Of a DNA stretch of 64,000 nucleotides, positions 13,245-27,357 are shown piece by piece. A program made the translations under genes and the position numbers. Source of the DNA: Kudoa neothunni. Its lineage: Eukaryota; Animalia; Cnidaria. Location: contig OZ199838.1 in assembly GCA_964304625.1 (NCBI GenBank), positions 14,689,907 through 14,753,906 on the forward strand, in the 5' to 3' direction. Positions within the stretch are counted from its first letter, which is position 1. Each line of letters opens with the position of its first letter. The notes beneath the pieces were generated by a model. That model was not told where the DNA came from, ran no database searches, and saw nothing but the letters and a program-made list of their open reading frames with translations.

Positions 13245-13324
13245 CATGAACTAACAGAAATTGATTTGGAAATTGACAAGATGATTCTAGAGCAGTGGCG
13301 GGAAAAGTGCGACCCGCGTAAGAG
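13245..13324 (+). repeat. 80-bp direct repeat, copy 2
   Basis: 79/80 identical to 8507-8586. Confidence 0.95.
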
Positions 13325-16300
13325 TTTATAAGGCTGGAAGATCACGCGAGTGTATACGTGTTTTCAAAATCTAGTAACGCCAAGGCAGCATTTCTCTTCC
13401 ATTAACAAATAAATAAACAACATTTTGATGAATATTATGGATTTTTAAACGTTAATTTTAACGCGATTTTTTATCTGATTTGATGTTTTACCTATGCTTG
13501 CACCGTACCTATGATTATCATGTGTAAATGTGAATGAGGTGATATCTAATACGCGCTTAAAACAAGATAACATACCGTCAATTTTGGAAAATACTGCTAC
13601 AAGAGATTCAATTTACAACAAAACGAATCTAAAAATAACTAAATAATAGAAAACATATGAGCATGCGATACTAATACATAAATTAGGTTTGACGCAATAA
13701 GAACTATATCCTTACTTTCCATTATGTTCGTTGCATATACAAAAATCTCATTTATTACTACATTTGAAAAGGGATAAAATCTATGTAATCGGTATATTTT
13801 TTTAGATATCCTAAGGTTTTAAACTATAATTGTTTATAATAGAGATGTATCATAATTTATCAGTTTGATGTAGGAATAGTTTTTTATTCGTTTACTTACT
13901 TTTCTCCAGTGATAACTCGCCCAAACTTCCCTTATTAATTGTAATTTGTCGACTCTACGTGTGTGGAATTAAACAAACATGCCCCCCCCCCCCCCGAAAA
14001 CGTACAGTTGTTGATGAAAACCGTAATTTTAATGATGATTAGACTCAACAATATTTCCCCACTCACTTGATCAAAAATGTGGTGTATTTTCGCTATCTTG
14101 AATTAATTGCTGTATTAAAGGAATATAATTTGAAGTGGCGTCACCAAACGAAACATAAGGAATTCAGTGAGAAAATCAACGATAACAATAAAGAATAATC
14201 GATCTTAAAGTACCTTGAAAGTTAAAAAACAACCCCAATCAATTAGGAATTGGAGTCCTATGATTAATATTTCTTTTATTTATCGATATAATTAAGTGAA
14301 ATAAAAAAATAATTTCATGTAACAAGAAATAATTTATGATAATCTTTTGGGGGGATTTTTACTCTAAAGAATCATTTTACAAAACTTTAAAAAATATGAA
14401 TATTACATTGATAATTACCAAGAATTACGGTTTTCGTAATTTCAAGTTATTTAGATCATATTTTGGAATTGAAATACTTCGTAATAAATTTTAAGAAAAT
14501 TACTTCTATTCGTTGGTGATATTCAAGTCACAAAAAATCTGTTGTAATCGTAAATATCATAAATGTAATTTTTTGGCTAACTTTATTGTATTCATATTAT
14601 AACTTAAACCTCTTATAGAGTGTAATATGTTATATTGAATAATATGTTTAAAACAAATATGAAATAATTCTATCAGAATCTGTGTTTAAATATTTTATAT
14701 CTACTTAATGAGTAATATTAGCTTTTCATAATTTCAGATAAACTAAAAATTTATTAAGTACAAGTCCGATTATCTTATTCGTCACATACAATATTATGAC
14801 AATCGCACAATTTCTGTATTTAAAAAAATCTATGATTCCTTATTAAGTTAATCTAGCTGGAGGCTATTTTTTAATTAATTTATATACATACTTTTTTATG
14901 GTGCCAAAAATGTTAGAAAAGCCACTAATAAGTATTAAAGTTCTCAATAAAACGCGTAGTAAACAATGCGGTCCTCCAGGCTTCTGTAATGCGCTACTAT
15001 GACCCGCACCTCCACAAATCGCGCCCACAACTGCAGTAGGTAGCCGATTTTCCGTAGTTTTGATGCGTGCGCGACCAATTAAAAATATTATGTATTGAGA
15101 TAATATAATAAAGTTCACAATTATTAATTTTTAGAAATATTTTTAACACAACTTGAAAAAAAATCTGGTAGTTGTGTATTTAGATTGTTAACATATGCAA
15201 TGATGAGGGTTTTAAAACAAATACTTTTGTAGTTGGGCTTTGAAAAATAAATTATTCGTTTATTGAGAGAGTAGTTAACTTTCTGAAGTTTTTTAATGAT
15301 ACGACAATGATGTTATGTAATTTATTTTAATGATTAAAAGTTGGACTACAGAAATATACGTACAAATTGTTAACAGCACCTTTGAATTTACTATTTTAAA
15401 GAATCTGGTATATTTTAAATGTTTCATCATCATCCTAGCTTTCTTATTTTTCTCAAATTGAACGAGTAAATTTTTATAGTCGTTACAAAATTGTTAATTT
15501 TTGTGATGACAAATCAAAGGAAGGTCTGAACAGCTCCTAAAAACAGAAGTATAAAATTAGCTCATAAATCATTTTTGATCTCATTTTAGATGTGAATTGG
15601 ATTTTAGATGTAAATCAAAGCTTGCTCTAGAAAATTTGTACATATTACAACAATTAAACATTGTTTTATTGATTGGATAGTATAGTTTTATATACATTGA
15701 AAAAACAGCAAGCAATTTGTTCTACTAATTATGGTAACACTTTTGAGTGTATAAATGGACATCCAAGAAAATTGACCATTTTTTAATTAAGGAGCGACCT
15801 ATAATTATAAAGTCTCTTAACGTAATAAATTCCATTGAATTGAACTCTTTCATTAATTTTATTACATATTTAACCGTCTATAATAAATCGGGTTTCTTGA
15901 TTCTATTGCCTTTAATCAATTATAAACTATAGCATAAAAAATATTGTTTGAGTTTTTTTCAGGATATTGCGTTGGAATAAATCCAAACTTACTTTGCATG
16001 AGGAAATCAATTAGACATTATTGTTTCAATAATTTTTAAAGCAGAAATAAGTACGAGATCAACATCGCGAAATATAAAAGATTTAGCGGTTTTCATTTAC
16101 AAATTTTTAAAAAATGGGATGATAATAATAAACTTTTTTGGGGGCTAAATTATTTACAATATTATCGTGGATGTAATTGATTAAACCAAAGGATTTAGAA
16201 AATTATGGTTGTAGCCGAAAAACTACGTAAAATCGATAATCCCTATTTTATACATAAAAATTTCTTTATAAATTACTTTTTTGTAATTATTATTTTCAAA

Positions 16301-18661
16301 TACATAAAATTAACTGTCTGAAGTTATAAAAATAGTTTTTGCTCTGATAGTGATGTATACGAGAAGGAAAAGTAAAAGTACGGAAAATTGATTACCTACT
16401 GTATTAAAGTTCAGCCCAATAAAATGATATATTAGATTAAGAATCAATTTTAACATACAAAAATAAATGATATATATCCACTCACCAAATATAATAAAAA
16501 AGCCAAAAACCTGCAATTTATGTTCAAACAATATTTTCAGACAACATTAAAACATTATATGTGATAATTTCTTATAAGAAAATAATGTACACATGTTTAT
16601 GCATTCATTAGAACATTTCTCAATGGGTTCCATTGGCTCCCATACGTGAAGTTACGTAAAGTTTTTCGTGCGTGCCAAAAAGGATTAAGTTATGGTTGTT
16701 GGATAGAATTGAATCTCTATGGAAGATTACTATCTATAAAAGGCATTTAATTTTTCAACAAATGTTTTACTGAAATGGTCTGGTGGTTTTCATTATATTC
16801 AGCATTAAAACTCGAAGGTGATTAAAGAGGCTGCACTGAGATATATATTGGGTTGTATCATCTGCATATTTTAAAAATTGGGATAATTTAATTGATATGT
16901 ATAATTATTATTATTATTATTATTCTAAATCTATATAAAATTACCATCGGATTTAACGAAAAATTAACCAATTATTGTACCAATGGGACAATGGGGATGG
17001 CAGGGTCAACCTAACTCTTTCGTGTCATATACGAAGTGTTAGTTTTATAAGAGTGCTTATAACCAAACACCACCACGTATATCAATTATTTAATACAATC
17101 AACGAGAAAATATTATTTCTTAACAATTTAAACAAGATTATAGAGGTGTACACATGCCAGATCGAATATTTATTTTCGATCTAATTCATATAATGGTAAA
17201 AGAATATTTTAATATATAATCAATTATATATTTAATATAAAATTTCAGTATGTTTAAAAAAAGGAAGAAATATAATAAAAATTAACACCAACATTAAACA
17301 AATCATTACCAAAAATAATTCTTAAAATATTATTTTTGGAATGGTTATGCCATCACACAAATTTTACATCCACTGCAGATACAGCATTCTAAAATCGACA
17401 CATATAAAGTTGATAACAGGGACATAATATCTCATCGAATCTATAGAAATAGAGGCAATTAACTGTATAAAATGTGATTGATAAGAGTTTGACAATCCTA
17501 ACCAATTATATAACAGCACCACTAAAAATACAGTTTATAGTTGATTTTGGAATAATAACGGTGGATAGTTGAGGACGCCACAACTGCAGCCCAGTCGAAG
17601 CCGTATAATCACCCACGCATAAATCCTCTTTCGGGTGAGATCGTCCCAATCAAAATTATACTATAAAGAAGGATTATAATAAATTTAAGAAAACCGGTAT
17701 AACGGCCCCATATATAAATTCTGAAAACGTTCACAATCAACTGTCCCAATCAATCCTACAATTGCTGATAAATTTGATAAAGTGAACGGAAACAGGTATT
17801 TATTGCGATAAACTAATCAGAGGCGATTAAACTAATATTTGAGATTGTTTTTCTTGGTTTAATTGAGTGGTCGAGTTAAGGAATTTATAACTTGATCGAA
17901 TGTGTCTGTAGGTGGGTTTTCCAAAGAAACCCGCTGTTAATCGGTAGAGTAGATAATTCATTGAGATATTTTCATCTCCATCCCACACACTCCTCATACA
18001 CATTTGGAGTAATAGATAAAAATGAGTTTTAATTGAACGTTAATGAGTGATATGGTGAATGGTGCCGATAAAATTCTTGGGGGAAACAGCAACTTTTTGT
18101 GTACAGCTAGGAGTATTGATTACTTGGTTAATTGATTGGTTGCGACAACAAAAATTCTCTAATGGATTCGAAACGCTGGTTAGAATATCTAAACGGATTC
18201 AACCAACCCAACTCTTCAGTGACTTGATGCGGTTCGCTTACGTGAGGCAGGATTTGTAGCATATTTCTATCAAGTTCATCTGCCAACTGATTACCAAACT
18301 GTGTGAAACAATCGTAAAAATCCCACAGGAGATTAGCCATAAGGTGTTAAGCATATGTGAACAAGTTAAGTTGGCGCATATACTTAAGGAAAATTTAAGT
18401 CGAAGGTCGGGCTTGTGAACAGATTAGTCGTTTTCAGCTACTCTTTCTTTCTGTACCACCAGTGCAATTGATGTCCTATGAAAGTGGTAACAGTAAACTA
18501 ATGTAGGTGTTATGGAAAAAATGTGATTGTTAGTTTTTTGCGTGCTTTTGTGGGTGGGGGATTATCTTTTCTCTCATTAGAATCTTTTAATTTTTGATCT
18601 TAGATTTATAAATATACCTAAATCGATACTGAAACACATTTCTACTGATAATCATCTGAAG

Positions 18662-21600
18662 ATGGCCCCAAAAAAAGACATTAATGTAAAAATGAGCACT
18701 AAAGTATGAAAAATTCACATATTGAATTTTTGGTGATGAGGGATTATTTTTGGTGGCATATGTTTGTGGTTTTACTTATTCACATACATAGTGCAACACA
18801 AATGACCTTATTATACCGAAAACCGTTTGTGTTAGCGGCGCTCGTGTTGTTTATTCCAATAAAAACATCAACACAAAACTTCTCTCCAATTACAACATTC
18901 TGAAAACGATCGGCAAAGGAAATTTTGCCAAAGTTAAATTGGCCCGGCATAAATTAACCAAAAAAAAGGTTACTCTTAATTCATGCTGAATCAACTGACA
19001 TTTGGGACCGATTGAATATATTATGTGGGTTTAGGTGGCAATCAAAATAGTGGACAAAACTAGAGTCAGTCCAGAAAATCTTGTCAAAGTAACCATGAGC
19101 TGATAACTATTCTTTTTTGATGATTATCATTATAATCATCGATCTTTTTAGTTGTTTCGAGAGGTCAAAATTATGAAAATGTTAGACCATCCTAATATAG
19201 GTAAGTTTGTCTTTATTTTAAATTTTAATTTGACGAAAAAATCACATTATTCTAGTAAAATTGTACGAAGTGCTCCAAACAGAAACAACACTTTTTCTGG
19301 TGATGGAGTACGTAAGCGGGGGCGAGCTGTTTGATTATTTGGTTGATAACGGAAAAATGAAGGAATCTCATGCTAGAGAAAAATTTCGCCAGGTAATTTT
19401 TAACGATATTATTCTCGAATGTGTATATGTTCAATTCTTAAATTGATACAATTTTTATTTCCTCCATTAGATCGTTTCAGCCATCCAATATTGTCATTCG
19501 AAAGGAGTGGTGCATCGTGATTTGAAAGTATGATTAGTTGAAGTGCTGTTTTCCTCAATTTTTCTATTTCATTATTACCAATTATATCACAGGCTGAAAA
19601 CCTTCTTTTGGATGAATTCAATAACGTGAAAATTGTTGATTTTGGCTTCAGTAATGAGTTCTCTATGGACAACAAATTGGACACATTCTGCGGAAGTCCA
19701 CCCTATGCTGCCCCAGAATTGTTTCTAGGGCGCAGTTATGTTGGCCCAGAAGTTGATGTATGGTCACTTGGGGTCATTTTGTACACTATTGTCACTGGAT
19801 CGTTACCTTTTGATGGACGAACACTAAAAGAACTCAAACACAATGTGCTTGCGTGTCATTTGAGAGTTCCTTTCTATCTAACTTCGGAGTGTGATATTTT
19901 ACTGCGAAAAATGATTGTGCGCGACCCCAGAAAACGAAAACCTCTTGAATTTATTATGAAAGATAAATGGCTCAATCTCGACTACGATAAAAGTCTTCAA
20001 TTGAGACCGTTCCAATGCGTGAATGAAAATTATGATGATATCGATCGAATCAGTAATTATGAATTAGTTGCCATAATTCGAAATTTTCGGTGTGCTGTCA
20101 CATTAGATAAAATGGTCAAAATGGGCATTAGTCGCGATTTCATTACCAACACTCTTGAAACTAATGAATACAACCATGTTATGGCTACCTATCTTATACT
20201 AAACAATGATAGAGTAAATTTTGCGATTTTCAATCAATCTTCGAATTACATTAATGTGTATTTGTGTTTAGTTTGATTCTAATTTTGTAAACACTACGTC
20301 TGAAAGCGATGAACTGTTGTGGAAAATGAACAGAAAGTTTGGATTGAGCTCAACTGAAACCAGAGAAAAGTAATATATATTGGGATGTAATATACTCTCC
20401 TTCTGATGGAATTTTTCATTCAGAGTTCCACCCAAACATGCAATATCTTTGGGCGCAAAATGTGATGGACCCAAAAGTCGTGGCGCCATCAGCACATCAT
20501 CCGATAAATTATCCACAGAAATTTCTACAACTGCTACACGTATTTATGTTTTTATTGCTTAGTCTATTTAGTTGATATTTCATTAGCTAAAAAACAAAAT
20601 ACATCCAACAGGAGCTTCTTTGCTTCCAAATTCAAAAATCGTGGCCGTTCCAAAACTGTAGATACACCCGTCGAAAATGACTCCAAGGATACCAACTTTT
20701 CTGCCGACAGTAATTTTGCTGGTAGTAACACAATTAACAATGCGGATATCGATAAAATAACCACAAATGGAAGGTATTGCGTTATTGGCTGCATACGGTC
20801 AGATTTGACTGTAACTAAAGCATGTCGTTTTCGATTAAACGTCTAACTAATAGGGCCGATGCCTCTGGGGGAGTATACGGCTCATGTTAATTAATTGATG
20901 GTTTTTTGGAGAATAAGATCATTTCGCTTTTAACTATTAGCCTTAGTTTAGGGTAGTGGTGCACAAACTTTTGGAGCCTCGGGCCAAATTTTAATCTTCG
21001 AAAACTTCCAGGGCCAGAGAATTTACAACTAAGGATATAGCTCACACTTTGAATAAGTTTACTAATTTCGAAACGCCATATTCAAAATAATTCATAAGTA
21101 ATAAGTTTATTAAATTTTTTAAATTGAATAACGACTGACATTGGAAACAAATAATATTCGTCCCCTATTGAGTAAAATATTTTTATATCCAGGCGTCATT
21201 AAATTTTCTGTTCTCATCATAAACCTTTTTTCGAATTCCAGTTATTTTAACTTGGAAATAAAATAAAAATAAGCTGAATTAAATATGAGATATATCTTGG
21301 GCGAGCAAAATGGTTGTATGCTCATATGTGAAGTGCAGTTGAAATTGCCCATAGTTATGTGCTTATTATCGGCTTTAACAGATGTTTGTCCCTTGTGTCA
21401 ATTTTTCTTTTACGTTTTATTTATTATTCTTACAGAAACTTTTCGAAAACTTTGATTTTTTAGCACAATATAAATACCCTATTATTTCGCATCGTTTATA
21501 AAACGTGCTTTAATTATTAACCTTGTTTTAACTGAACATAAACTTCGGGTCAGCACTGTCAAGCGAATTTTGAAATCATAAATCCCCCTAGTACCAGTAT

Positions 21601-24600
21601 GATTTTCTTCTCCTCCATACAGATTCAAGAAGAAATAATAAAAATTAATATATGGATTTCGCTTAAGAAAACATTTTTTCCATATCACATGGTGAAGTGA
21701 CTAAAAGCAATAAATCTTTTTGCTTATTTAGAGAGTTTTTTGATGTTTCGTTCTTAATGGTTCGTATATAATAAAAACCAATTGAAGTTAAATAATCTAA
21801 TGCTTTTTTAATTTAATTTAAAAGTATACCTTTAATCCGAACTTTATTAGGGTTCACCGCGGGCAACGAAGAAGCTCATTGAGGGCCGGGGTTTGTGCAC
21901 CCCTGATTTAGGAGGTCTTCTTCTGATTATTTTCTTTATAAATGTGCGGAAAATTTCAAACGTTAAATCAATTAAAATTAATTTCGTAACATTATTTTTC
22001 CTGCCAAGTGTTTATTTTTAAATTTAAATGAACTAGAGAAAAATATTGCATCCCCATGGTGCTCTATTTTGAATAATTTTATTGACTTTAATACTAAAAT
22101 AGATATTTAAAAATTTGAAAATTAACTTAACATAGTCATACAGGGATCATTGTTGTGTATTATCTGATCAATAATTATTGTCATTATTTGTAATTGTATA
22201 TCAACTTCAGGAATAAATAAATATATATATATATATATATACTAAAATTCAGTCTAGTGTATTTCATTTGGAAATATCCGGTGTTACAGAATTGTAAATA
22301 TAGATTAATTAAAAAATGCAAATTAATGTTTGTGATCATGCGCGGAAATTGATTGATATACGTAGATTGTTTATATCATTTTATTTTATTTACAGCTCAG
22401 GTACAAAATAAATTTTCAATGTATTTTAAAAACTAGGGAAAATTTATTTGTGGTTATAATACTGACAAAGTTTTTCAAAATTTTAGTTTTTGAAATCATT
22501 ATAAACTAACTATTTTACGTATTATGTTATCTTAAGCCCGCAAACAAAAAATTCTAAAAAATTTGTAAATTTTTTGAGTGTGACATCCGAATTTTAGAAT
22601 AACTGTTTGGTAATATATTAGATTAATCATCAAACATTAGATTCCATATTTTTCGACCTTCTTCGCATTTATTTGTAATACTCATATGCCAGATGTAATC
22701 ATGCTTCTCTTTACGTAGAGACATTCCTGATAACCGACGTGGGTTAGTTACCACATAGATTACAGTTTGCAGTCAATTTTGATCACATGGTTATTGTGCT
22801 AAATTATGGTTTCAAGCGAAACCCTCGGTTATCTTCACCTGAATTCGAAGAAACAAAATAAATTGATAAAAACCATGTTAATATTGGTAAATTTCATTTA
22901 ATATATTTATTTAATTTGAAATGTATTTTTGACGAATAGTTCATTTACATGATATTCGACTAAATGTAATCTCATCATCTCAGAATTTTCATATGTAATG
23001 TAGCGTAATTTTCGCTTGAATGCACACCAAATGGCTTCGGCGCTATTTTTCGCAAAAAATTAGTTTTTAAAAATTCAATATTATCATTAACAGTATCGTG
23101 TTCATAATCCAATTCTTTCAGCTTGTTTTAAGCCGACTAATTTTTTATCGGACCACATAATTGTTCAGCTCACTGCATATTCGAAAACTATGTGTTTGCA
23201 GTATTAATTTTATTTCCGTTTTCAATTGTTACTAAGGATATCAATTATCCATCAAAGTTTATAAATATTGTATCCATTTTTCGTATATAAATGTGTTTTT
23301 TAATACAGACTTAATTAATAGCCATTGCTTGATTTACAAATAGTAAAATAAAGTTACGATATCAAATAAATTTGTAACGATTGAATTTTGATTAAAAGGA
23401 CTTTTATTTTGATCGTATTTAATTAAATCGAAAGCAGTGATGATTACTGAGATGAAATGATAAACGTAGAATTCTAAAAAAATCAATTTGTGACCTTCAT
23501 TAAGTCACAAGTAAATAATTTATCATTATTGTGTTAAAATATTATTTGAAACAATAAATTCCGGTTTAGTCATATCAATATAATCTAATGTTTTTGAAAA
23601 TAATATTATTCGGATTTTATATTTTTGGAATAATGTATCCTTAATGTTAAAATTAATCATAGCAATCATTATTTTAATATTCAATCATTGAATATTAATT
23701 TTCCGTAAGTGTGTGATTGAGTCACTTGTTTTTGCATTATACATCATTTTTATCGTATGATCACGATATTATATAAATTATTATAATGATATTTGATTGA
23801 AGCTATTATATTTTTTCGAGAATATCCATTTGATTATTAATTGATTTTAATGTGATAAGCAGAAGTGTTAGAATAAATTTCCGGCAAGCACGGTAATAAA
23901 TGTTTCGTCGTTTATTTCTAGATATAAAATCGAGAACTTCACGCTGTAGCTTCTGCTTTTGTGCATCTAACTCATATTTTTTAGTTGGACCGTTTCTGAT
24001 ATTCCTTGCAACAGTGCCAAACAATTAAATACCACCACCGATGGTATATGACAATAACTTGATCAGTTTTATACGTTTTTTGTTAAGAACCACACGTCCA
24101 ACTTGTTAATAATTCAGTTGAAACCACTACTACCGCCACTGCTGCAAATCCATTGAGTTGTCATCAACATCGTAACACTGCTGACGATGTTTTCGATGAA
24201 ATGGAACAACCAAAACGACGTTTCAGTTTATTGTATTATTTTATTGTCTAGTCTATTGTTGATAGATATTAATGTGTGTTTGTATATATTTTAGTCGTAA
24301 CGTCAGAAATCCCTTCAGGTCATTTAGGAATGATTCGTTTGATCATCAACCCAGTTGTGAAGAAATTGAAACCAAAACTAGAGGTATTTCACATACCGCT
24401 GCCTACAATCACGTCAACCGTATGAGTATTGACGAGGCATACGATTCGGTTATCAACCACGATCTCATCGCATCAACCAAACCTCCAAGAATAGCTTCCA
24501 ACACCAAACTTTCGTAAAATTATCACCAAAGATATCACAGAATCTTTTGTTAAACTGTCTGATCTGCTTATTAAGTTAAATGTCAAGTTCAAACATCAAC

Positions 24601-24989
24601 AACCTTACAAATTGATGGCTTGTGTAAATTGGAAAGATTTTATCACAGCTATCGCTAATTTGGAAAGTGAATCAAAACAGCACGACGCACACTCAAATCT
24701 TGTCAACTATAGCGAATCTGATACTTTTGTTCTCTTTGAGATCGAAGTCAATCGTGTTATATTCAATAATTTTTATACTATACGATTAAAACGTCTCAAC
24801 GGGGGCGCTATTTATTATAAAGAAAGTGGCTTCGAATATTCTGAATTTTCTCGATTTTGTAGTTGCTAAAAAAAAATAATTCAAAACTCAACTGTATCTG
24901 CTACTAGTCAAATTTATCAAAACTTTCCCAACACGTCTATAGTTGCTGAGTCCTGTGGAAACTTGATGTATCTAGTTTGTCAACACTAA
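18662..24989 (+). CDS. MARK: MARK/PAR-1 serine/threonine kinase (kinase, UBA, spacer and KA1 domains), multi-exon with a ~3.3 kb TE-containing intron
   Basis: Contains [93 protein letters not shown]-like [11 protein letters not shown] and KA1-like [14 protein letters not shown]. The start codon is uncertain, and two apparent indels lie in the 3' exons. Confidence 0.9.
20954..21905. mobile_element. hAT-type non-autonomous element in the MARK intron
   Basis: TIRs tagtggtgcacaaac / gtttgtgcacccctg, with 8-bp flanks gtttaggg / atttagga (6/8). Confidence 0.75.
22990..23180 (-). pseudogene. Possible Tc1-like transposase remnant in the MARK intron
   Basis: Minus-strand fragments IMWSDKK and [11 protein letters not shown] resemble the Tc1 WSDE and ENLW..LKR motifs. 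TIRs were not found. Confidence 0.3.
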
Positions 24990-27357
24990 ATTATTTAAGT
25001 CCAAATTTCTTATATATTCCTGTCCAACGGCAGCTTATTAGAATTTTATATGTTATGTTTATTGTTTGTGATATTTTTGGGACTCAAAATAGTGCCATAG
25101 CGTATTCTTTTTACGATTAGATTCCATAAGGGGATTAGAAAATTGAGCGGTCGCTGCCCGCATCTGATACTTTAACTTAGGATCTCCAAATTACGTCATG
25201 ATGCATTATTTTTATACTTTCGTTAATTATTCTTTTCAATTTCTACTGGTAGTTAGAAATATCAAGGGTATAAGGTCATAATTTCAAATAGACTTCTATT
25301 TAGAAAATCGCTCTCAACTTATCTATGGATTTAGATCATTGGTCGTTAAATGTTTAGAAATACGTGTATCTAGGTTACTCGATATTGGAAAATATCTAAA
25401 ATTGGTCACTGACTGTACAAACTAGCCCCAACTTGTAAGCTACATCAGGGATTGGGAAATTTCTGGGTTGAAAACTCTCTTAAAGCGATTCAAAATGCCA
25501 AAATAATAAAATATGGTCAAAAAAGGGATATTTAAATATTATTTACCATACAAATAGTCATTTTCTTCAACAAACTCGATAATCCTTTAAATATATATAC
25601 ATCCCTAAAATTGTGCTTCAATACATAATAGTCGTATGTCACTATATTACTAATTACCTATTTTTAACGCACCTCTTTATTGGATGAAATTTGCTTTATA
25701 AAAAAAGAATACATAAAAAATAATTGACGACGATTTTTTTTTGACAATTATAAAATGTATTGAAGTCAGAGGATTTTGTATATAATCAATTTTAAAATGT
25801 TGTAAACAAAATTTAGTGATAAGATCACGATGCCTTTTTGTTAAATATAAATAAATTAGCTAAAAAAATATATAAACTAAAAAATGTCTTATTTAATCAT
25901 AACATTACTTTAAAAAGTTAAGTCACGTTTTATAAAAATGATAGAGAAAATAATTTACAATAAGATGGGTAAAGCTTATTTTAATAGCTAAAACATATAA
26001 TTTTGAAAATAAATCATTATTAAAAATTATCATATTATATATAATTAACTTTAAAGTTAAAATATCGACAACTGAGTGGTGTTTTATTGATTTTTGGAAC
26101 TTAAACGACTATCTCACGTGCGTAATTGATGTTATAATCGGGATTTAGTGACAAAATTTGTTCTCAGCATTCTTTTAATTAATTATGAGCAATTATGAAG
26201 GCACAAACGAAAGAGCGATGGAAAAAGACGTTTTTAGGTACCCAATCCAACTATGTAACCTGATCTAGAACTCATTTTCTTAAAATCTTAAGAGACGTTC
26301 TCCGATTGAAATTTCCCTAACTTTAAAAATTAACATATTTTTATATAATTAAATTAATGTATTTATTAAAAACAAGGTATAGAAATTGTCAACGTAATTT
26401 CGCGCATTACTTCGATCCTGTGACCTAATACAGTCAACCATGGACCATCTGACAATGTTTGAACCGAGCCCTTTCCTTTCGGACACTGAATTTATTTAAA
26501 ACTGAAGTTCGACGTGTGCGCATTTACAAAATTAAAAAATTGGTGGGTTGGCCACAATTTTTATTTTTCAAGATCCTACGTTCGTTTTATATTAAGAAAC
26601 CACATTTATCATATATAAACTATAATAGTGAATTAAAAATGGAAATATTTTAAAATGCAGTACTTTGTGACCCAAAGTAAGCGGGATGGGAATCTTAATG
26701 CGTTATCTTAGAATGAAACTTTCTAGATTATAAAAAATGAGTTATTATTATTACATTAATAATTTATTCCGTATTCAGATATTATAAGTCATACGAATAA
26801 GGATGGTATGAATAATTGAGGTACAAATGAAGGATAGTTTCTCTGAGTTTTTCATAACGATCTTTAGTATTTCTTCTTTATTTAATATAGGTCTTATTCT
26901 TTAATTTACTACCGCTTGGTGAAAATTATCTCTCCATAAGGTTTTAAAAGTGGTGATGTTATAAAAAATACAATAATGTGGATTGTCTAATAGAGTCAGC
27001 TTCATAGATACATTAATCTTATGAAGTCACTGATATTTTTCGATTAAATAATTCCAATTATTTATTATATTAAATTACTCATTAAAATGTAAAAGATAAT
27101 TTGTCTTCCCCAACATCTATTTGCTCTCAATCAACATGGTTGCATTTCTTAAAATCCTATCCTATTTGCATCTATTCGTATCAATTTGTTTCTATTAATC
27201 AAATCTTTTTAAATTAAGAATATACATCAATTTCAATTAAATGTTAAATAATCGTTCGGATAAGGCAATTTCCAGTTAATCTTATACAGATTAGGTTTAA
27301 TGAAAAACAACGCAGTAATAAAGCGAGGAAAATCGAATCCAACAACAATAATAATAT

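Larger units (their letters stand above)
8555..15033 (+). mobile_element. hAT (Charlie-like) element inserted in the Tigger element and itself interrupted by the MULE segment
   Basis: Left end cagtggcgggaaaagtgcgacccgcg follows ttctagag (nTCTAGAn hAT target) and is repeated at 13293. The right-end-like sequence ...gcgcccacaactg ends at 15033. No matching right TSD. Confidence 0.6.
7119..16401 (+). mobile_element. Tigger/pogo-like element or composite containing nested insertions
   Basis: TA|cagtaggcaatcgattttccgtactttt at 7119 and aaaagtacggaaaattgattacctactg|TA ending 16401 (28-bp TIR, 2 mismatches, TA TSD). A third TIR copy starts at 15034. Confidence 0.75.

Noticed and set aside
8507-13324. 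LTR retrotransposon or CRISPR-like interpretation of the 80-bp direct repeats
   Set aside because: There are no TG..CA ends, PBS/PPT or gag/pol, only two copies exist, and the repeat consists of host TE sequence.
18059-18340. ORFs on both strands upstream of the MARK kinase exons
   Set aside because: No recognisable motifs; probably intronic or UTR sequence of MARK.
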